Source of the DNA: Bacilli bacterium
GTDB taxonomy: Bacteria > Bacillota_I > Bacilli_A > RF39 > UBA660
NCBI GenBank assembly: GCA_007116525.1
Contig: SKIH01000069.1
Location: 1 to 24,988 of the forward strand
DNA: 24,988 bases
Direction: 5' to 3'
The translations under genes were made by a program, and so were the position numbers. The notes under the pieces are model-generated. The model saw nothing but the letters and a program-made list of their open reading frames with translations. It was not told the origin of the DNA and did not search any database. Shown here in pieces: positions 1-8,843 of the stretch. The stretch's first letter is position 1. Each line of letters opens with the position of its first letter.

Positions 1-32
1 AAGTTCCTAGATAAAATTCTTACAAATTTCAT
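1..32 (-). CDS. ftsX: Probable FtsX permease, 5' end only (runs off the window)
   Basis: ATG at 32-30 overlaps the ftsE TGA (ATGA), preceded by an AAGGTGAG SD. Reads MKFVRILSRN and stays open to the edge. Identity rests on its position after ftsE. Confidence 0.6.
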   Translation of the reverse strand, partial: MKFVRILSRN

Positions 33-712
33 GCGTACTCACCTTCTTTATATTCTTTTACAACTCTACCTGATTCCATGAGAATAACTCTTTTGTTAGC
101 CTCTTTTACAACATCATGGTTGTGTGTAACCATTATTACGGTAGTTCCCATTCTATTAATCTCCATAAGTACTTTCATTATCTCTGCGCTCGTTGGTGGG
201 TCTAAGTTACCAGTCGGCTCATCACAAATCAATATTCTCGGACCATTAACAATTGCTCTTGCTATTGCTATTCTTTGTTGCTCACCACCTGATAATTGTT
301 CAGGGTAGTTTTTCGCTTTGTTTTTCAACCCTACTAAATCAAGCGATTTAATAACTTTTTTATGAATCTCGTCTTTAGGAAGTCCTAAAACATCTAATGC
401 AAACGCAACATTTTCATATGCAGTAGACTTGTTAAGTAATTTGTAATCTTGAAAAACAACACCTAGTTTTCTTCTTAATTTATATACTTTACTATTTCTA
501 AGTTTCCCGACATTTAAACCACCAACTACAATTGTACCCTCAGTTGGCTTTTCTTCTCTATACATCATTTTTATAACAGTAGATTTACCACATCCGGTAG
601 ATCCTATTATAAAAACAAACTCACCTTTATTAATATTAATATTAACATCATGTGCGGCGGTAACACCGTTTTTATATCTTTTTTTAACATTTCTCATCTC
701 TATTAAGCTCAT
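29..712 (-). CDS. ftsE: Cell division ABC ATPase FtsE
   Basis: Walker A GSTGCGKST, signature LSGGEQQR, Walker B ICDEPTGNLD, and the FtsE-like LRRKLGVVFQDYKLL. Start at 712 chosen from an AAAGGGG SD. Confidence 0.92.
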   Translation of the reverse strand: MSLIEMRNVKKRYKNGVTAAHDVNININKGEFVFIIGSTGCGKSTVIKMMYREEKPTEGTIVVGGLNVGKLRNSKVYKLRRKLGVVFQDYKLLNKSTAYENVAFALDVLGLPKDEIHKKVIKSLDLVGLKNKAKNYPEQLSGGEQQRIAIARAIVNGPRILICDEPTGNLDPPTSAEIMKVLMEINRMGTTVIMVTHNHDVVKEANKRVILMESGRVVKEYKEGEYA

Positions 713-727
713 TATAATCAACCCCTT

Positions 728-1618
728 TTAATGTATTTTTTTCATACTTCCTCCAAACACCTCATAAGTGTCCGCTACTACAAAAAATGCTTCTTCATCT
801 ATTTGATTTATACCTTCTTTTAAGATGAAGTATTGCTTAGTTGGTACAGTACACATAATAACTTTTCTTTTATTACCACTGAAACCACCTTTAGAATCCA
901 TCATCGTTACACCTTGATGCAAATTATCAATTATGAATTCTTTAACTTCTTTCTCTTTAGAAGTTACTATGTAAAACATTTTTGAATTCGATATACCTAA
1001 AATAACTTTATCTATTAAGACACTTATTATATAAAGTGCCATTAATGAATACATCGCAATATTAAGACCAAATGATAATAAACCTAACGTTATTATTACA
1101 CCGTTAACAATTATCATAGCCGTTCCTATCGAAATTTTCGCATATTTAAAAACTATTTGGTTTATTATATCCGTGCCACCTGTTGTGAACCCTGTTTTAA
1201 AAACAAGACCTAATCCAAATCCGGTTATTACCGAACCATATAAAACTATCAAAAGTGGATCCTCTAAGTTAATATTAACCATTTCAGGAAGCCCTTCAGT
1301 TAGTTTAATGAATAGTGGATATAATATTGCTCCTGCTACTGAATACTTTGTTTTTTCTTTACCGAGAAATAACAAACTTAATACAATTGCAAATACCCCC
1401 AAAATTATCATTACATTTCCTGCGTTATATCCAAATACGTCATTTATAACAACTGCTATTCCACTAAACCCAAATGTTATTCTCATTGGTAATATAAAAA
1501 GATTGAATGCCACTGCTGCTGCAAATACCCCTAATAAAAACATCGAGTATCTTACTAACAAATCTTGCTTATATATTTCTTTTAAAATATTTTCGTTTTT
1601 TTTGAAAAATAAATTCAT
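728..1618 (-). CDS. YitT family membrane protein (DUF2179 C-terminus)
   Basis: Multiple hydrophobic helices, TTGGTDII motif, C-terminal GVT...GGFS...DEEAF pattern. Start overlaps the prfB stop (ATGA). Confidence 0.85.
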   Translation of the reverse strand: MNLFFKKNENILKEIYKQDLLVRYSMFLLGVFAAAVAFNLFILPMRITFGFSGIAVVINDVFGYNAGNVMIILGVFAIVLSLLFLGKEKTKYSVAGAILYPLFIKLTEGLPEMVNINLEDPLLIVLYGSVITGFGLGLVFKTGFTTGGTDIINQIVFKYAKISIGTAMIIVNGVIITLGLLSFGLNIAMYSLMALYIISVLIDKVILGISNSKMFYIVTSKEKEVKEFIIDNLHQGVTMMDSKGGFSGNKRKVIMCTVPTKQYFILKEGINQIDEEAFFVVADTYEVFGGSMKKIH

Positions 1619-2716
1619 TTTTTTACACTCCTTAAATTAGCATTTATGAAATCTTCGATATCCCCATCCATGACTTTATCAACATTAGATGTTTCGAAGT
1701 TTGTTCTATGATCTTTCACAAGTGAATAAGGGTGCATAACATAACTTCTAATCTGTGATCCAAATTCAATTGAACTTTGGTCACCCTTAATTTCTTTCAT
1801 TTCGCTTTCTTGTTTCTCTAATTCCTGTTTATACAGTTTGTTTTTTAAAATTTCCATTGCTCTTAATTTATTTTGAATCTGACTTCTTTCGTTTTGGCAA
1901 GTAACAACTATGCCAGATTCTAAATGAGTTATCCTAACTGCACTGTCTGTAGTATTAACAGATTGACCGCCAGCACCACTACTTTTATATACGTCTATTT
2001 TAACATCTGAATCTTTTATTTCGATTTCAATTTCGTTATTATTAAACATTGGTAAAACATTTATAGATGCAAATGATGTGTGTCTTCTATTGTTTGAATC
2101 AAATGGTGAAATTCTAACTAATCTATGAACTCCTTGTTCGTTTTTTAAATAACCATAAACATAACTACCTTTAACAATAATAGAAGCGCTCTTAATGCCA
2201 ACATCCATATCGTGAACACTAGTAACCTCATATTTATAACCTTTTAAATCAAAATATCTTAAATACATTCTATAAAGCATATTAGCCCAATCACATGATT
2301 CAGTACCACCGGCACCTGAATGAATTTCAAAAATCGCATCATTATCATCATATGGTTCGTTTAACAAAATGTTTATTTCTAATTCATTTATTACAGCCTC
2401 TATATCTTCAATATCGGATTCTATTAAATCACTTAACTCTTCTTCAGATTCAAAGCTATCGCTATTTAATATTTCTAAATTAGATTTTACTTTGCTATCT
2501 ACTTCTTCTATTTTTTCTAGCAAAATTTTAATATGATTAAATTCTTTGATTATTTTTTCACTTTTTTCTCTATCATCCCAAAAATTCTCTTCACTCATAG
2601 AAGATTCCAATTCTATTTTTCTGTTCTCTTTACTAGGGATGTCAAAGTGACCTCCTAAGTTCGTTTATATCGTCAGAAATTTTTTCATAACTTTTTAATA
2701 ATTCATATTTTTCCAT
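1615..2716 (-). CDS. prfB: Peptide chain release factor 2, with programmed +1 frameshift (about 366 aa)
   Basis: SPF (RISPFDS) and GGQ motifs. A 24-codon first frame (ATG 2716, MEKYELLKSYEKISDDINELRRSL) ends CTT-TGA-C and the +1 frame joins the track ORF at 2610. Confidence 0.97.
2641..2656 (-). promoter_or_regulatory. RF2 autoregulatory frameshift site AGGAGG-TCA-CTT-TGA-C
   Basis: Matches the canonical internal SD + 3 nt + CTT TGA C signal. Confidence 0.95.
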
Positions 2717-2734
2717 ACTATCACCGTATAATCA

Positions 2735-2763
2735 ATTATAACATTTTTATGGTTTTATTTCTA
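2735..2763 (-). promoter_or_regulatory. Putative sigmaA promoter of prfB (extended -10 TGtTATAAT, weak -35 TAGAAA)
   Basis: Motif match with a 17-nt spacer, just upstream of the prfB SD. Confidence 0.5.
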
Positions 2764-2776
2764 TTTTTTATAACAT

Positions 2777-2802
2777 AAAAAAAAGCGTTATACACTTTTT
2801 TT
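2777..2802 (-). terminator. Intrinsic terminator of yutD
   Basis: AAAAAAAGUG-UAUAA-CGCUUUUUUUU, including one G-U pair; the stop codon lies in the loop. Confidence 0.55.
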
Positions 2803-3066
2803 CATCACAAAATACTTACAACCAAAAGCACAGTGCTCTTTTATGTAGTCCTCTTTATTTTGTATATCATTTATTTTGCTATAAATTTTATTTTCTTTAT
2901 TGCAAAAACCTTTTAATCTTAACTTACCGTAAGCCCAATCACCTATTATATAGTCATATTCATCGAAAAAATCAGTTAATTTAGAAGATACTTCCTCTTT
3001 GTCAAAAGCATTGTTAATGTCCTCTAAAATTTCATACTCTTTATTATTTATTATCACTTTATTCAT
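2788..3066 (-). CDS. yutD: YutD family protein (DUF1027)
   Basis: DYIIGDWAYGKLRLKGF and EHCAFGCKYF signatures. Start at 3066 follows an AAGGGAG SD. Confidence 0.85.
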   Translation of the reverse strand: MNKVIINNKEYEILEDINNAFDKEEVSSKLTDFFDEYDYIIGDWAYGKLRLKGFCNKENKIYSKINDIQNKEDYIKEHCAFGCKYFVMKKSV

Positions 3067-3067
3067 A

Positions 3068-4732
3068 TTAGTACTCCCTTTCAAAAGCGTCTTTATAGCT
3101 TATATATCTTGATAAATTAGATGCTGCATTCCAAGTCATAAAACCACCATCCAATTCACTATCAACTAAAGCTTGGATTTGTAGTTCAATAATTTCATTG
3201 TCATATTTAATACGTGGGCTCCTAATTGCATCATATGCTTGGATCCACGTCCTAACTTTAGCAGGTGTCGGCGTCTCATTTTGTCTCAGTCTTGTAAAAT
3301 TACCCCATATTTTTAAAACTTCATAAGGAGTAGTCCACACAGGAACCTTTAGTCCATACTCATACATCGAAAAATGATCTGGATATGGCATAGGACTAAT
3401 AACATCAACTATGTTTGAAATAGCCGGAAAATACTGGCCATAGGCTGTTACATACGCATGCGATGATTCCCCAAAAACATCAGCCGATATATACGCCCCC
3501 ACTTCTCTTAATTCGTCTTTCGCATAAAACAAAAAGTTTTGAACAGCCTCTGCTTTATCTTCATCATATCTGTTCTTTAAATTTATGTGTCCATCTCTTT
3601 CAAGTCTATTAATTCTATCTGGAAACCTAATATAATCAAATTGGATTTCATTAAACCCGAATTCTCTTACCGCCTCTTTAGCAAGTTCAACATTGAACTC
3701 CCAAACTTCTCTAGAATATGGTGTTGGCCAATTTGAATTATTGTGTATTAGTGGTTTCCCACTTCTTTTATCTAGTATCGCATGATCTTTATGGTCCATA
3801 ACAAAATATTCATCTTTAAAAACTGTTATTCTTCCAATAGTATAAAATCCCGCATCGTTTAGTTTATCAATTGCGGTTTTATAGCGGTCAAATGTGTTCA
3901 AAGCTCTATTGTAATTTGTGGGACTAAACTGTTTCATAACTTCAGACTTATATGCTGGCATCTTATCATCCTTGATATCTACAACAAAAGCATTAATCGA
4001 AGTATTTTTGAATTCTTCAATATACTCATCAACTCTGTGAATAACAGCCCCATTTAAATAAAGAGTTCTAGCCTCACTTGGCATCTCGTTTCCCACAATT
4101 GGGTCCTTGTCAACAGGAAAGAAATCTAAGTTATAAGAAGCACCGCCTCCTAAAGTATTCCCTCTTCTTTGATGTATTTCATAATCTCCCTCGGTATATG
4201 TAGAATTAGCATATTCATAATCATCTGTTAAATATTTACCATAAACATAACCTTCTTTTTCGTTATGCCTTATTTTATACATTTTAATACTACCGTCAGC
4301 AAAAATTTCATCATATCCTAATACTTCTACTTTTTCACCCTTTTTAACAAGTGATAACCCGTCTTCTAATCTAATAGTAGAAGGAGTTCTAACATAAAGA
4401 CTATCTTCTAATACAACATCATTTATGTTTTCTTTTAAATATTTATAATCAATCAAATAAATTCTATCATTGAATTCAACTTTAACAAAGTCTTCTAAAT
4501 TTCCGACATGCAGCAATTCACTTCCTCTTGTTATTTCTATTTTTTCAGAAGTTTCGAGATCGATAAGTGTATTTGTTTTGGTAGGTGATGCTAAATAATA
4601 AGTATTCGTCTCAAAAAAATCTATATCTTTTAAATCGATATATATTAACGATACTGTTAATATTAATAACAAAGTAAATAAAAAGATCAATAAATATAGT
4701 TGTCTTATTAAATATGATTTTGATATTTCCAT
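3068..4732 (-). CDS. Membrane-anchored putative glycoside hydrolase (DUF4015-like) with N-terminal SH3-like segments
   Basis: N-terminal hydrophobic helix. Motifs VVDIKDD, GRITVFKD, FNEIQFDYIRFPD, ISADVFG, SPMPYPDHF, RTWIQAY. Start at 4732 follows an AGGTGA SD. Confidence 0.8.
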   Translation of the reverse strand: MEISKSYLIRQLYLLIFLFTLLLILTVSLIYIDLKDIDFFETNTYYLASPTKTNTLIDLETSEKIEITRGSELLHVGNLEDFVKVEFNDRIYLIDYKYLKENINDVVLEDSLYVRTPSTIRLEDGLSLVKKGEKVEVLGYDEIFADGSIKMYKIRHNEKEGYVYGKYLTDDYEYANSTYTEGDYEIHQRRGNTLGGGASYNLDFFPVDKDPIVGNEMPSEARTLYLNGAVIHRVDEYIEEFKNTSINAFVVDIKDDKMPAYKSEVMKQFSPTNYNRALNTFDRYKTAIDKLNDAGFYTIGRITVFKDEYFVMDHKDHAILDKRSGKPLIHNNSNWPTPYSREVWEFNVELAKEAVREFGFNEIQFDYIRFPDRINRLERDGHINLKNRYDEDKAEAVQNFLFYAKDELREVGAYISADVFGESSHAYVTAYGQYFPAISNIVDVISPMPYPDHFSMYEYGLKVPVWTTPYEVLKIWGNFTRLRQNETPTPAKVRTWIQAYDAIRSPRIKYDNEIIELQIQALVDSELDGGFMTWNAASNLSRYISYKDAFEREY

Positions 4733-4749
4733 GCTTATCACCTATATAA

Positions 4750-4758
4750 ATTATAACA
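4750..4758 (-). promoter_or_regulatory. Putative extended -10 promoter (TGtTATAAT) for the DUF4015 gene
   Basis: Exact TGn-TATAAT about 18 nt before the start codon; no clear -35. Confidence 0.45.
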
Positions 4759-4759
4759 C

Positions 4760-4788
4760 AAAAAACATCTATAAGAATAGATGTTTTT
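4760..4788 (-). terminator. Intrinsic terminator of nrdDG
   Basis: 12-bp inverted repeat AAAAACATCTAT/ATAGATGTTTTT with a 4-nt loop and T6 tail; contains the nrdG stop. Confidence 0.7.
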
Positions 4789-5332
4789 CTTTTAAGAAAG
4801 GTTTATTACTACCTTTTCTCTTAATATATTTTTTCACTAGGACAACTCTATTTTTCTTCAAGCTTTCTTTGACATTTATCACTCTTTGGTTAGCAGAGCC
4901 TCTGAATAATAAATCAGCACTTTTTTCATCAATAACGAACTTACCATCGATCAATATATCTATACTTTCTAATAGTTCAAGGATAAGAGGGTTGCTCCTT
5001 GACATAGCGATTAATTGCTCGTAAGTGAATCCGGTATAACACCAGACATTCAAACCTAGTTTTTTCGAAAATGATGCAATTTCAAGAGATTGCTCTACTT
5101 GAAGTAGTGGGTCACCTCCAGTTAAAGTTATTCCGTCATGATTTTTAACATTTTTTATTTCTTGTTTTAATTCTTCTAAATCTTTTTCAAAACCTCCTTT
5201 TAAACTATGGGTTTTTTTATTATGGCACCCTGGACAGTTGTGAATACAACCTTGCATCCAAACAACCATTCTAATACCCTCACCATCTACAATACTATCT
5301 TGCTGAAGAGGGCTTGATAATCTAACAGTCAT
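4769..5332 (-). CDS. nrdG: Anaerobic ribonucleotide reductase activating enzyme (radical SAM)
   Basis: DSIVDGEGIR, CxxxCxxC (CIHNCPGCHN), GGDP, LLFRGSANQR. TAATG overlap with nrdD. Confidence 0.93.
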   Translation of the reverse strand: MTVRLSSPLQQDSIVDGEGIRMVVWMQGCIHNCPGCHNKKTHSLKGGFEKDLEELKQEIKNVKNHDGITLTGGDPLLQVEQSLEIASFSKKLGLNVWCYTGFTYEQLIAMSRSNPLILELLESIDILIDGKFVIDEKSADLLFRGSANQRVINVKESLKKNRVVLVKKYIKRKGSNKPFLKEKHLFL

Positions 5333-7698
5333 TATTCATGTTTCACCCTATCTTTCTCTTCGGCTTTTTTGCCATCATTAAATCTATCTACGGTCCCAAC
5401 TAAGTACCCGGTTATTCTTCTAATCCTCTCAAATTCAACACCTGATTCTTCGGTCCTTCCACACCCTGGACAGTGATCTTTTATTACTCCTGTAAATCCA
5501 CAAACAGGATCGCGATCAACAGGGTGGTTTATAGCACCATACCCTATACCTGACTCTTTCATTAGCCTTACTACTTTTTCGAAAGCTTTAACATTACTAC
5601 TAGCATCACCATCCAACTCGATATAAGTGATGTGGCCTGCATTAGTATATGTGTGATATGGTGCCTCTAACTTTATTTTATTTTCTATTGATATTTTATG
5701 CGCTACTGGGACATGGAAGGAATTTGTATAATAATCTTTATCTGTCACTCCTTTAATTGTTCCATAAATAGCTTTATCGATAGAAACGAATCTACCTGAA
5801 AGGCCTTCAGCAGGCGTTGCAATAAGTGAAAAATTCAATTTATGATTTTCTACAAAGCCGTCTATCGTCTTTTTCATAAACTCAATTATTTCTAACCCTA
5901 ATTTTTCAGCCTCCTTCGATTCAGCGTGATGACTGCCAATTAAGGCAGTAAGTGTTTCAGCAAGACCAATGAAACCGATAGTCAACGTTCCGTGCTTTAA
6001 GACTTTTTTCAGTCTATCATTCGGTTTTAGTTTTTCGCTATCGATCCAGATTCCTTGACCAAGTAAAAACGGAAAATTATACACTCTTTTGTTACATTGA
6101 ATCTCAAACCTTGCAAGAAGCTGATCTTTAACTAAATTCAGTTTTTCTTCTAGTTCCTTATAAAAACCATCCATATCTGGTTTCGAATTGCTCACAATTC
6201 CATGCTTTATTCCTAGTCTAGGCAAATTTATAGATGAAAATGATAAATTACCTCTTCCAACTACTACTTCTTTTTTAGGATCAACTGCATTAGCTAAAAC
6301 TCTAGTTCTACACCCCATATATGTTACTTCCGTTTCAAAATTATCTTTGTCATAATATTTTATGTTAAAAGGAGCATCTATAAAAGCAAAATTTGGAAAC
6401 AACCTCTTCGCTGATACCTCGCATGAATACTTAAATAAATCATAATTAGGGTCTTTCTTATTATAATTAACACCTTCTTTTACTTTAAATATTGAAATCG
6501 GAAAAATCGGTGTCTCCCCTTTTCCAAGACCAGCTTCAGTTGCTTTCAAGTAATTTAATGTGACCATCCTTCCTTCTAAAGAGGTATCGGTCCCAAAATT
6601 AATTGAACTAAACGGTACTTGAGCCCCTGCTCTAGAATGCATTGTATTCAAATTATGAATAAAAGCTTCCATAGCTTGATAAACTCTTCTTTCTGTTTTT
6701 TCAAGTGACTTTTTGTACGCAACATTAAATATTTTTTCTACTTCATTAGATTTTTTAAAATGTTTTTCAAAAATAGATATATCGACTTCGATAGATGTTA
6801 GTTTGTCTATTTCTTTAACTATTTTTTCAAAATTAACAAACTTTATAAAATCGGAATAATCTAACAAATCATAAACTGCTTGTTTAAATTGTTTTTTAAA
6901 TGTTTTTATGACTCCTGGTGCTAAATAATGATCGAATGCTGGAATGCTTTGACCACCGTGTTGGTCATTTTGATTAGATTGGATTGCAATGGCTGCTAGA
7001 GCCGAATAACTCATAATATCATTTGGTTCTCTTATAAAACCATGACCTGTTGAAAACCCGTTTTTAAATAACTTATTCAAGTTTATTTGACAACAAGTGG
7101 TAGTACCCATAGGTAAAAAATCCATATCATGAATGTGGATATCACCGCTATCATGTCCTGTTTTAAATTTATCATCTAGCAGATAAGATTTAGCAAATTC
7201 TTTGGAAATGGTACTACCATATTGGAGCATCGTTCCCATAGCAGTATCTCCATCAACATTAGCGTTTTCCCTTTTGGAATCTTCTTCCTTGGCTGACTTT
7301 AATCCTAATCCTTCGACAGCTTTTAAAAACTTGTGGCTATCATTATCATTTGAATTTAAAAACATCTCCCTAGATCTAGTTCTTTTCTCACGATAATTGG
7401 CAAAAGAATCCTTGACTTCATCATATCCATAATCTTTTAAAACTAATTCGATTAAATCCTGAATGTCTTCTATTTTAATTACAGATCTCTCCTTATTTTC
7501 CTTAAGAAGCAAACTTATAACTTTCTCGTAAACTCTATTTACATCCTTTTTTTCATAGATCAAGTTATCTTCTTCATCTTTTATACTATCGAACCCTTTT
7601 TGAATTGCAATAGCAATCTTCCCTCCATTAAATGGCGCCTTTTTACCATTTCTTTTTTCAACTTTGTAAGTTGATAACAACATTTCTTTTTCTAACAT
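5332..7698 (-). CDS. nrdD: Class III anaerobic ribonucleoside-triphosphate reductase with N-terminal ATP cone
   Basis: ATP cone (VEKRNG...KIAIAI), TTCCQI, MGCRT, RGNLSF, YYTNSFH, and glycyl-radical loop RRITGYL. Confidence 0.97.
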   Translation of the reverse strand: MLEKEMLLSTYKVEKRNGKKAPFNGGKIAIAIQKGFDSIKDEEDNLIYEKKDVNRVYEKVISLLLKENKERSVIKIEDIQDLIELVLKDYGYDEVKDSFANYREKRTRSREMFLNSNDNDSHKFLKAVEGLGLKSAKEEDSKRENANVDGDTAMGTMLQYGSTISKEFAKSYLLDDKFKTGHDSGDIHIHDMDFLPMGTTTCCQINLNKLFKNGFSTGHGFIREPNDIMSYSALAAIAIQSNQNDQHGGQSIPAFDHYLAPGVIKTFKKQFKQAVYDLLDYSDFIKFVNFEKIVKEIDKLTSIEVDISIFEKHFKKSNEVEKIFNVAYKKSLEKTERRVYQAMEAFIHNLNTMHSRAGAQVPFSSINFGTDTSLEGRMVTLNYLKATEAGLGKGETPIFPISIFKVKEGVNYNKKDPNYDLFKYSCEVSAKRLFPNFAFIDAPFNIKYYDKDNFETEVTYMGCRTRVLANAVDPKKEVVVGRGNLSFSSINLPRLGIKHGIVSNSKPDMDGFYKELEEKLNLVKDQLLARFEIQCNKRVYNFPFLLGQGIWIDSEKLKPNDRLKKVLKHGTLTIGFIGLAETLTALIGSHHAESKEAEKLGLEIIEFMKKTIDGFVENHKLNFSLIATPAEGLSGRFVSIDKAIYGTIKGVTDKDYYTNSFHVPVAHKISIENKIKLEAPYHTYTNAGHITYIELDGDASSNVKAFEKVVRLMKESGIGYGAINHPVDRDPVCGFTGVIKDHCPGCGRTEESGVEFERIRRITGYLVGTVDRFNDGKKAEEKDRVKHE

Positions 7699-7730
7699 CT
7701 ATTTCATCCTCCCTTATTAGTTGTATTTCA

Positions 7731-7759
7731 ATTATACAAAAAAAACGACCCAAAATCAA
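7731..7759 (-). promoter_or_regulatory. Putative sigmaA promoter of nrdDG (TTGATT-17-TATAAT)
   Basis: -35 at 7759-7754 and -10 at 7736-7731 with exact 17-nt spacing. Confidence 0.65.
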
Positions 7760-7770
7760 ACAAAAGTTCG
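7757..7770. promoter_or_regulatory. LexA/SOS-like box 1 (CGAAC-TTTT-GTTTG on minus strand), overlapping the nrdD -35
   Basis: One mismatch to the Gram-positive GAAC-N4-GTTC core. Confidence 0.55.
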
Positions 7771-7781
7771 GTTTTTTGACA

Positions 7782-7795
7782 AAAACATTAGTTCG
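7782..7795. promoter_or_regulatory. LexA/SOS-like box 2 (CGAAC-TAAT-GTTTT on minus strand)
   Basis: Same core mismatch and orientation as box 1, 25 bp away. Confidence 0.5.
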
Positions 7796-7848
7796 TTTTT
7801 ATGGCGCCTTAATTACTAAGGGGAAATGTAAAATATAAATTTGTAAAT

Positions 7849-7872
7849 AAAAAAAAGATAGAATTTTCTATC
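7849..7872 (-). terminator. Intrinsic terminator of the dusB-nrnA cluster
   Basis: GATAGA-AAAT-TCTATC followed by T8; the nrnA stop lies in the 5' arm. Confidence 0.6.
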
Positions 7873-8830
7873 CCTTTTTAATAAAGTTCTCAGCTTCTTT
7901 ATCTAAATCACTTACAAGATCGGTTAATGTTTCCTCATTTTCAAATACTACCCCACTAGCATATATATGGCCTCCGCCATTATATTTAGTGGCTACATCA
8001 TTTATAATTGGACCTCTTGATCTAATTGAGCCTTTAAACTTACCCTTTTCCTTTTCTTCCGTCACTATTAACCAAACATAAATCTCTTTAATATAATTGA
8101 AATTACCAACCATATTTCTAGCAGTTGGTGCATCTATCTCATATTCTTTTAAAACATCATCATCTACGAGTATACTAGCAACTCCATTTTCTGTGATTTT
8201 AAAATTATTAGTAATATATCCTTGAAACTTTATCTCATTTAAAGGCCTTATATATAAATTTTCATATAACTTAGTAAAGTCAATTTTAGTTTCCTCTAAA
8301 AGCCTAGAAACCAAGCTGAATGTCTTAGGTGTCGTGTAATAAAACAGAAATCTATTTGTGTCTGCAACAATTCCAATAAAAAGTTTTTCAGCAGCTTCTT
8401 TTGTCAATTCTAAATTAGTATTAAAAACTAACTCAACTATCATCTGAGCGGCAGAAGAAGCATCAGCATCAATCCACTCTAAATTACAAAACTTTTCCAT
8501 AAAAGGATGATGATCAATTTTTATACAATAATCAAACTTTTTAGGGTCCGCACCATCAACTCTTCTATAATCAGGAGTATCTACTACTATTAACAAAGAA
8601 TCTTTATACATATCCTCTGTAAACTTGTCTAAAGTACCTAAATACTTAAACTTAGAAGCCGGATATCCAATCGCATAAACTTTTTTGTTTGGAAAACTAT
8701 TTAAAATGATTTCTTTTAAAGCTAACTGACTAGATAATCCATCTGGATCTGCCCCAACATGTCTTGCAATTACAATAGTATCGTAATCTTTAATCTTTTT
8801 ATAAATTTTCTTGTAAGTATTTGTCCACAT
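7868..8830 (-). CDS. nrnA: DHH/DHHA1 bifunctional oligoribonuclease / pAp phosphatase
   Basis: HVGADPDG, VVDT, IDHH, GIVADTNRF, GGGHIYASG. Confidence 0.85.
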   Translation of the reverse strand: MWTNTYKKIYKKIKDYDTIVIARHVGADPDGLSSQLALKEIILNSFPNKKVYAIGYPASKFKYLGTLDKFTEDMYKDSLLIVVDTPDYRRVDGADPKKFDYCIKIDHHPFMEKFCNLEWIDADASSAAQMIVELVFNTNLELTKEAAEKLFIGIVADTNRFLFYYTTPKTFSLVSRLLEETKIDFTKLYENLYIRPLNEIKFQGYITNNFKITENGVASILVDDDVLKEYEIDAPTARNMVGNFNYIKEIYVWLIVTEEKEKGKFKGSIRSRGPIINDVATKYNGGGHIYASGVVFENEETLTDLVSDLDKEAENFIKKG

Positions 8831-8843
8831 CTTTATCCTCTTT

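Noticed and set aside
1596-1603. A8 homopolymer near the yitT start as a phase-variation tract
   Set aside because: Runs of this length are common throughout this AT-rich window and the frame is intact.
7312-7318. Perfect 0A box (TTCGACA) that could be a target of the Spo0A-like protein
   Set aside because: A single 7-mer deep inside the nrdD coding sequence, expected by chance.
5332-7698. Intein, intron or homing endonuclease in nrdD (a common insertion target)
   Set aside because: The ORF is continuous at a normal 788 aa with no splice-junction or endonuclease motifs.
7776-7804. Plus-strand TTGACA suggesting an antisense promoter
   Set aside because: No usable -10 hexamer at 16-18 nt and no plus-strand gene downstream.
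7632-7810. Direct repeat ATGGCGCCTT at 7632-7641 and 7801-7810
   Set aside because: Only two 10-bp copies, one explained by codons K-A-P of nrdD; no supporting structure, so likely chance.
7811-7848. Possible NrdR or Rex box upstream of nrdD
   Set aside because: AT-rich segments match neither acaCwAtATaTwGtgt nor TTGTGAA-N4-TTCACAA well enough.
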